Below, piece after piece: positions 25,043 to 32,000 of a stretch of DNA of 32,000 nt (position 1 is its first letter; each line of letters begins with the position of its first letter). The stretch is taken from positions 150,001-182,000 of the forward strand of contig CP002161.1 in assembly GCA_000147015.1 (NCBI GenBank), read 5' to 3'. Under the pieces are notes generated by a model. The model saw only the letters and a list, made by a program, of their open reading frames with translations, was not told where the DNA came from and ran no database searches. This DNA comes from Candidatus Saccharimonadota bacterium (GTDB lineage Bacteria; Pseudomonadota; Gammaproteobacteria; Burkholderiales; Burkholderiaceae). The position numbers and the translations under genes are program-made.

Positions 25043-27082
25043 ATGAAAAAAAAATTATTATTAATAGAAATTTTTATTAATAATTTATCAAATAAAAAAA
25101 TAAATAAAATTTATAATATTTTTTTTAATAAATTTATAAATTTATTAAAAATATTTAATTTAATTAAAAATAAAATAAAAATAAAATATAATAATACTTA
25201 TGAAAGAATATCAATATTTTTAAATATTTTTAATAATAATTATAAATATTATAAAATAATAAAAATATTACCTGTAAATTTATGTATTAAAAATAATAAA
25301 AAAAATATTATTTTTAAAAAAAAAATTATATTTTTAAATAAAAAATATAATATTAAAATAAATAAAAAAAAAATAAAAATAATAAATATAAATAATAAAA
25401 ATATATATATATATTATTATATAAAATATAAAATAAATTTTAAAAAAATTATTAACATAATATTAAATAAAATTTTAAAAGATTTTAATTTTATAAAAAA
25501 TTTATTTTATATAAGAAATATAAAAAATATTTTAATTTTATATAATAAAAAAATTATTCCATTTAATAATTTTAATTTATTTTCTAATTCAACAATAAAA
25601 AATATTTTTAAAAAATTTAAATATAAAAAAAAATATTTTATAAAAAATTCTTATATATATAAAAATAAACTTTTAAAAAAAAATATTATTATTAATAACA
25701 AATTAAGAAAAAATATAATAAAAAGAATATTAAAAATTATATTTAAAAAAATAATACTTAAAAAAAAAATAATAAAAAAAATAATTTTAACATCTAAATG
25801 ACCTATAATATATAAAAATTATTTTAATAGAAAATTTTTAAAAATTCCTATAAAAATTATAAAATTTATAATAAATAAAAAAAAATGTTTTTTAATAAAT
25901 AAAAGTAAAAATAAAAATATTTTTTTTACAATTTCAAATATATATAAAAAAAAAAATATAATATATAATTATAAATTATTAATTAATTATTTATTATTAG
26001 AATTTTTTTTTTTAATTAAAAAAGATATTAAAATTAATATATATAAAAATATAAAAAAAAAATTTAAAAATATAATTTATTTTTATAAATTGGGAAATAT
26101 ATTTAATAATTTAAAAAGAATAAATTTATTATTTAATAATATTTATAAAAAAAATTTTTCTAAAAAAATAATAATAAATATAAATTCAATAATAATAACT
26201 AATATTTATAAAGAATATTATAAATTAGAAAAATATATAAATATGTATTATCATATTAATAATAATAAATCAAAAATAAAATCATTATATTCATATGAAT
26301 ATTTTTTACCTTTTAAAAAAAAAAAAAATTTACCAACTTTTAAAATTACTATTTTATTATCAATATGTAATAAAATTAGTAAAATTATTAATTTTTGAGG
26401 AATAGGTTTAAAACCAATTTTAAATAAAGATCCTTATTATATTAAATTAAATACAAAAATGTTATTTTTTTTAATTATAAAAAAAAAATTCAAAATTTCA
26501 TTTACAAAATTAATAATTATTTATATAAATTTATTTATAAAAAATAAAAATTTTAAAAATTTATTTTATGAAATAAAGTTTTTTTTTTTTAAACAAATAA
26601 TAAATATATTAAAAAAAAAATATAAATTTAAAATATATTTTTTAAATTTTTATATATATAATTTTTATAATAAATTATATAATATTTTTAAATTATTTTT
26701 TTTTATTAAAAATAAAAAAAAATATTTAAAAAAAATATTTATTTCAAATAAAAGAATAATTAATTTTATAAAAAAAAAAAATATATATAATTTATACTTT
26801 ATTAAAAAAAAATATTTAAAAAATAAATATGAAAAATTATTATATAATATTTTAATTATAATAAAAAAAAATATTTTTAAAAATAATATATATAAAATAA
26901 AAATTATATTTTTATACTATATATTGTTATCACAAATTATAAATATATTTTTTAATAAAATATTAATTTTAAATAAAAATAAAATTAAATATAAAAATAG
27001 AATATTATTAATATATAAATCTTTTATAATATTAAATTATAAATTTAATTTTTTTTCTAATAAATTTGTTAATTTTAAATAA
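25043..27082 (+). CDS. glyS: glycyl-tRNA synthetase beta subunit (highly divergent)
   Basis: Track ORFs 25043-25801, 26090-26398 and 26459-27082 and the gaps between them form one frame joined by TGA. Length 679 aa, close to typical GlyS. Sits directly after glyQ. Only faint colinear patches remain (LLLEI.... at the N-terminus, Y.KLGN...K..R, WGIGLKP...KDPY). Confidence 0.78.
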
Positions 27083-27801
27083 TTTTTTATAGATAAATCT
27101 TTAGCTTTAAAATTAAAATTTATATTTAAAAAATTAAAATTATTTAAATTAAATATTTTTTTCATAGAATTTTTAATAATTTTTTTTTTTTTAAAAAAAG
27201 AAATTTTTAATATTAAATTCAAAATACTTTTATTATAATATATATATTTTTTAGGTATCATTTTTATAAAATAAGAATTTACTTTAGGAATTGGATAAAA
27301 ATTTTTTTTAGAAATATTTAATAATATAATAATATTAAATTTTATTTGTGTTAAAATAGAAATTTTACTAAATTTTTTATTGCCATAATTTGCATTTATT
27401 TTTTTTACAAATTCTTTTTGTAACATTACATATATATCTTTTATATTTTTATAAAATTTTATAAAATATAATATTATCTTTTTTGATATATTATAAGGTA
27501 AATTACCTATAATTCTGAATTTTTTATTAAAAATTTTAATATTAAATTTTAATATATTATAATTAAATAAATTTATTTTATTTTTGTATTTAATTTTTAA
27601 ATTTTTATATAGTTTTTTATCTATTTCTATTGCAAATAAAAATATTTTATATTTTATTAAATATTTTGTTAAATTACCATTTCCAAAACCTATTTCTAAT
27701 ATAAAATCATTATTTTTTATATTTATTTTTTTTATTATTTTTTTTATTAAATTATTATTTATTAAAAATATTTGACTAAATTTATTTTTTTTAATTTTCA
27801 T
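27037..27801 (-). CDS. rsmA: 16S rRNA (adenine1518/1519-N6)-dimethyltransferase
   Basis: Intact 254-aa ORF. Motifs: FSQIFL (GQNFL equivalent), ILEIGFGNGNLT (SAM site), IGNLPYNIS, F.P.PKV.S. Confidence 0.9.
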   Translation of the reverse strand: MKIKKNKFSQIFLINNNLIKKIIKKINIKNNDFILEIGFGNGNLTKYLIKYKIFLFAIEIDKKLYKNLKIKYKNKINLFNYNILKFNIKIFNKKFRIIGNLPYNISKKIILYFIKFYKNIKDIYVMLQKEFVKKINANYGNKKFSKISILTQIKFNIIILLNISKKNFYPIPKVNSYFIKMIPKKYIYYNKSILNLILKISFFKKKKIIKNSMKKIFNLNNFNFLNINFNFKAKDLSIKNYLKLTNLLEKKLNL

Positions 27802-27804
27802 AAA

Positions 27805-28902
27805 ATGAAAAAAAAAATTATATTAGCAATGTCTGGTGGTATAGATTCTTCAATTACAGCATGATTATTAAAAAAAAAAGGTTATAAAGTTATAGGCATT
27901 TTTATGAAAAATTGACATTTTAATAATAATTCTATATTTGATTCAAATTGTAAAGAATTTTTAGATGCTTTAAAAATTTCAGAATATCTTAAAATAAAAA
28001 TAAAAATATTAGATTTTTCTAAAAAATATAGAAAATTTATTTTTAATAAATTTTTAAAAGAATATAAAAAAAATAATATTCCAAATCCTGATATTTTATG
28101 TAATTCTATAATAAAATTCAAATTTTTTTTAAATTATTGTATAAAAAAATTTAAAATAAAATTAATAGCTACAGGACATTATCTAAGAATAAAAAAATAT
28201 AAAAATAAATTTTTCTTATTAAAAGCTTTAGATAAAAAAAAAGATCAAAGTTATTTTTTATATTCTTTAAATAAAAAAAATATATCAAATATTATATTTC
28301 CATTAGGAGATTTAAATAAAAAAGATATTAGAAGAATAGCAAAAAAAATTAAATTTTTTAATTATAATAAAAAAGATTCAATTGGTATTTGTTTTATAGG
28401 TAAAAATAAAATTATAAAATTTTTAAGTTATTATATAATTTTTAATCCTGGTTACATAAAATTATTAAATGAAAAAAAAATTAATAAACATTTAGGAATT
28501 AATTTTTATAATATAGGACAAAGAAAAGGTTTAAAAATAGGAGGTATAAAAAATAATAAAAAAAATAAACCATGATATGTAATATTTAAAGATATAAAAA
28601 ATAATATAATTTATATTTCAAATAAAAATAATAATTTTTTAAAAATAAAAAAAATATATATAAAAAAAATTAATTTTATTTTAAATAAAAAATTATCTAA
28701 TAAAATATTATATAATTGTAAAATAAAACATGGAAAAAAAATTTCATTTTGTAAAATAAAAAATATAACTCCAAAAATAATATATATAAAATTTTTAAAT
28801 TTACAAAAAAATATAAATAATGGTCAATCTATAATTATTTATTATAAAGAATTTTGTTTATTTGGCGGAATAATAAAATCATTTTTTTTTAAAAAATGTT
28901 AA
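27805..28902 (+). CDS. mnmA: tRNA 2-thiouridine(34) synthase
   Basis: Not in the track because TGA-rich. ATG at 27805. Motifs: ILAMSGGIDSS (PP-loop), GIFMKNW, IPNPDILCN..IKF, LIATGHY, DQSYFL, KKDS.GICFIG. TAA at 28900-28902. Length 365 aa. Confidence 0.92.
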
Positions 28903-28904
28903 AA

Positions 28905-30206
28905 AGTATAAATACAATATTACTTTTAGATAATAAATATAAATGAAAATTAAAAAATGAAATTATTTATTAAATAAAAATTATTTTATATATAAAAGAT
29001 TAAAAATAGAAATATTATGATTTAAAAATATAATATAAAATTTTTTAAAAAAGAAAATTTATAAAAAAATAATAAATTTTTAAATAATATATTTAAAAAA
29101 CTTTAAAATTATGATTCAATAAAAATAAAAAGAAAATATAATAAAATATAACATAAAATAAATAGAATATTGAATTAAAAATAAAATAAAAAATAAAGAA
29201 ATAAATAAATATTCTGAATTTATACATTTTGAATGTATATCAGATGATATAAATAATATAACTTATATTAAAATAATAAAAGAAATAATAAAAAATAATA
29301 TATCCTAGTTTAAAAATAATTATAAATAAATTAATAATTATATCATATAAATATTCAAAAATAATTATGTTATAAATATTCATAAGTAAAAGACTACTCC
29401 TATTAGTTTAGATAAAGAATTTTCTATTTTTATTTATATAATAAAAATACAATTAAAAAAATTATTAAATATAAAAATATTAGGAAAATTAAATAATTTT
29501 GGAAATTTTAATACAAAATATTTTATAAATAATAAATTTAAATGATTAAAATTTATTAAAAAATTTATAGAAAAAAATTAAAATTAAAATATAATTATTA
29601 TCAAATAAATTTGCATGATTATATATTAAAATATTTAATTTAATTCATTTTATTAATATAATATTAATAAATTTAAATAAAAATATATGACATTATATAT
29701 CAATAGAATATTTAAAACAAAAAAATATTTTAAAAATAGATTAATTATTAATTCTCAATAAAGTTAATTCAATAAATTTTGAAAACTTAAAAAGAAATTT
29801 ACTTTTATTAAATTCATTATTTAAATTTTTTTTTGAAAAATTACCAATTTCTAAATTACAAAGATATTTAAGTTATTCTACTATATTAAAAAATATAAAT
29901 ATTTCAATAAATTATAGTTATATTTTACTTTTAAATGGTTTAAAAAATATAATAAATAAAAAAATAAATAAAAAATAAAAATCTTGAGCAATATTGTCTT
30001 AACCAATTCAAACTATAATGAAATATTATAAAATAAAAAATTCTTATGAAAAATTAAAAATTTTAGCAAGAGGAAAAAATTTTTAAAAAAGATATTAAAA
30101 TAATTATAAATAATTTAAATAACCAAATATAATAAAAAATAAAATTTTAAAATTAAAACCTATAAATTATAAAGGAATATCAAATTTTTTATCTATTAAT
30201 ATATAA
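28905..30206 (+). pseudogene. purB: decayed adenylosuccinate lyase (purB) relic
   Basis: No track ORF in 1.3 kb, yet hand translation is colinear with PurB (E. coli sequence as I recall it). Matched segments include LLLDNKY (DGRY), YNIK*IEYWIKNK (HDVKAVEYFLKEK), SEFIHFECISDDINN at 29213 (SEFIHFACTSEDINN), IHK*KTTP (THGQPATP), ILGKLNNFGNFN (ILGKINGAVGNYN), IWHYI (VWGYI), D*LLILNKVNSINFEN (GSSTMPHKVNPIDFEN), LPISKLQRYLSYSTILKN (LPVSRWQRDLTDSTVLRN), SWAILS*PIQTIMKYY...YEKLKILARGK (NWEVLAEPIQTVMRRYG..YEKLKELTRGK) and PINYKG (PANYIG). About 20 in-frame TAA/TAG and at least two frame changes (frame 0 to 2 near 29040-29100, frame 2 to 0 near 29580-29600). Confidence 0.82.
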
Positions 30207-30273
30207 AAAATAAATATTATTATATATTTTATAAAATATATATAACAACATTAATAAAATTTAAATTATAAAA

Positions 30274-31761
30274 TTATTTAATATATGGAAATAATATAAT
30301 ATCTTTAATATTACTAATATTATTTAATATCATAACTAATCTATCTATACCTATACCACAACCAGAAGTAGGAGGCATTCCATATTCTAATGCTTTTATG
30401 TAATCATAATCATAATTATATTTTATATTTTTTTTATTTTTTTCTAATATTTGTTTATTAAATCTAATATCTTGATCTTCGGGATCATTTAATTCTGTAA
30501 AACCATTAGCTATTTCTAAATTAAAAATAAATAATTCAAAGCGTTCTGTAAAAAATTTATTTTTTTTTCTTAAAGATAAAGGAGAATTTAAAGAAGGATA
30601 ATTAATTATAAAAGTAGGAAATATTATTTTAGGTATAATTTTTATTTCAAACAAAATATATTGTAATTCTAATATAGTATATTTAAATAATTTAATCTTA
30701 TTTATTTTTTTTTTATTTTTTAATATTTTATTATATAAAAAATTAAAATTAAATAAATAATTTTTATATTTAGGTTTATATTTTATTATAGCTTGTAAAA
30801 TAGAATATTTTTTAAATTTTTTTTTAAAGTTAATTTTAAAATTTTTATAATTTATTATATAATTTTTATTAGTTTTATAAATAATATTTTTTATAAATTT
30901 TTCAACAAATTTCATAATTCATTTATAATTAACATATGTAATATAAAATTCTAATATAGTAAATTCAGGATTATGAGTACTAGAAATTCCTTCATTTCTA
31001 AAGCTTTTGTTTATTTCATATATTCTTTCAAAACCACCAATAATTAATTTTTTTAAATATAATTCTGGAGAAATTCTAAGAAACATTTTTTTATAAAATT
31101 TATTATGATAAGTAATAAATGGTATAGCTTCAGCACCACCAGGAATATTATGTAAAATAGGCGTTTCTACTTCTAAAAAATTATTTTTTTTAAAAAATGA
31201 TCTTATTTTGTTAATAATCATTATTCTTTTAATAAAAATATTCATATTTTCAGAATTCATAATAAAATCTAAATATCTTTTATAATATTTTTTATAATTT
31301 AAATTATTATATATTTTATTTGGTAAAGGTCTTAAAGATTTAGTAATTAATTTTATTTTATTTACATTAACTGATAATTCATTAGTATTTGTTTTAAATA
31401 AAATTCCAATTATGCCAATTATATCTCCTAAATCATAATTTTTAATTTCTATATATTTTTTATTTCCTATATTATTTAAATTTATATATAATTGTATTAT
31501 ACCTATTTTATTTTTTTTAGAAAAATCTCTTATATTAAAAAAAGAAATTTTTCCCATAATTCTTTTTAAAATTATTCTTCCTGATAAAGAAACTTTAATA
31601 TTTAATAAATTTAAATAAATTTTATTTAAAATATTATATTTTTTAATAATATCATAAGATTTATTTTTTACACAAAAATTATTTTTATATGAATAACCAC
31701 TTAACCTTAAAATTTTAAGTTTTTTTCTTCTTTTTTTAATAATAATATTTTTTTTATTCAT
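30274..31761 (-). CDS. lysS: lysyl-tRNA synthetase, class II
   Basis: Track ORFs 30919-31761 and 30274-30915 share one frame, joined by TGA at 30919-30921 (...VNYKWIMKF...). Motifs: VETPILH..PGGA.A.PF.T, ELYLK.LI.GGFER.YEI...FRNEGIS..HNPEFT.LE.Y, ERFELF....E.ANGF.ELNDP, ALEYGMPPTSGCGIGIDRLVM. Length 495 aa. Confidence 0.94.
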
Positions 31762-31781
31762 AATTTTTAATTATTTTTATT

Positions 31782-32000
31782 TTATTTAAATAAAAAATTT
31801 AATTTAAAAATAGAAAAATTATAAAATATATTAAATTTTTTGTTAATTTTAAAATTATATTTATAATTATAAAAATTATTTAAAAATAAATTATTATTTA
31901 TATTTTTAATATTTCATAATTTTAAATATTTATTAATATTAAAATAATTTAATAAATATTTGTAATAAAATAATATTGAATAATTTATATTATAATTATA
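31782..32000 (-). CDS. 3' end of an unidentified protein-coding gene (5' part beyond window end)
   Basis: The minus-strand frame read from nt 32000 runs 72 codons (one TGA, no TAA/TAG) to TAA at 31782-31784, 20 nt upstream of the lysS start. It is missed by the track (no start codon, internal TGA). The product is N/Y/F/K low-complexity and unrecognisable. At this shorter length a chance open frame is less easily excluded. Confidence 0.35.

Noticed and set aside
28905-30206. The idea that the many in-frame TAA/TAG in the purB-like region reflect a further stop-codon reassignment or programmed readthrough.
   Set aside because: Every other gene I traced in the window ends at a TAA at an orthologue-like length. 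The region also has frame changes, and the catalytic GSSxMPxK loop is destroyed. A pseudogene is the simpler explanation.

Overview
This window reads as a contiguous piece of an extremely reduced, extremely AT-rich insect-endosymbiont genome (GC by eye roughly 12-15%), translated with UGA = Trp (table 4). The supplied standard-code ORF track breaks most genes at in-frame TGA codons. The pieces on either side stay in frame, and the TGAs fall on conserved Trp positions. Re-joined, the window is almost fully coding: 31 recognisable or probable protein genes, two unidentified edge CDS fragments, one tRNA (anticodon CAU) and one heavily decayed pseudogene. In order: unidentified CDS tail; sucA-sucB-lpdA; ribA; gatC-gatA-gatB; def; (minus strand) trpS, aroK, trpE, recJ; rplU-rpmA-obg-proS; (minus) hisE, hisI, hisF, hisA, hisH, hisB, hisD, hisG; tRNA-CAU; ybeY-glyQ-glyS; rsmA (minus); mnmA; a purB-like pseudogene; lysS (minus); an unidentified CDS tail (minus). 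UGA recoding, GC content, separate hisI/hisE and gatCAB, and retention of Trp and His biosynthesis best fit a Candidatus Zinderia insecticola-like betaproteobacterial co-symbiont. That is recognition from memory, not a database result. I found no CRISPR array, mobile element, phage or defence gene, toxin-antitoxin pair or rRNA, and no convincing promoter or terminator. I do not see a novel multi-gene system. The points worth a second look are the purB relic (about 20 in-frame stops but nearly colinear with intact PurB), a his operon with hisC missing at a clean junction, an orphan trpE, extreme gene packing, two edge ORFs the track missed, and very long in-frame homopolymers.
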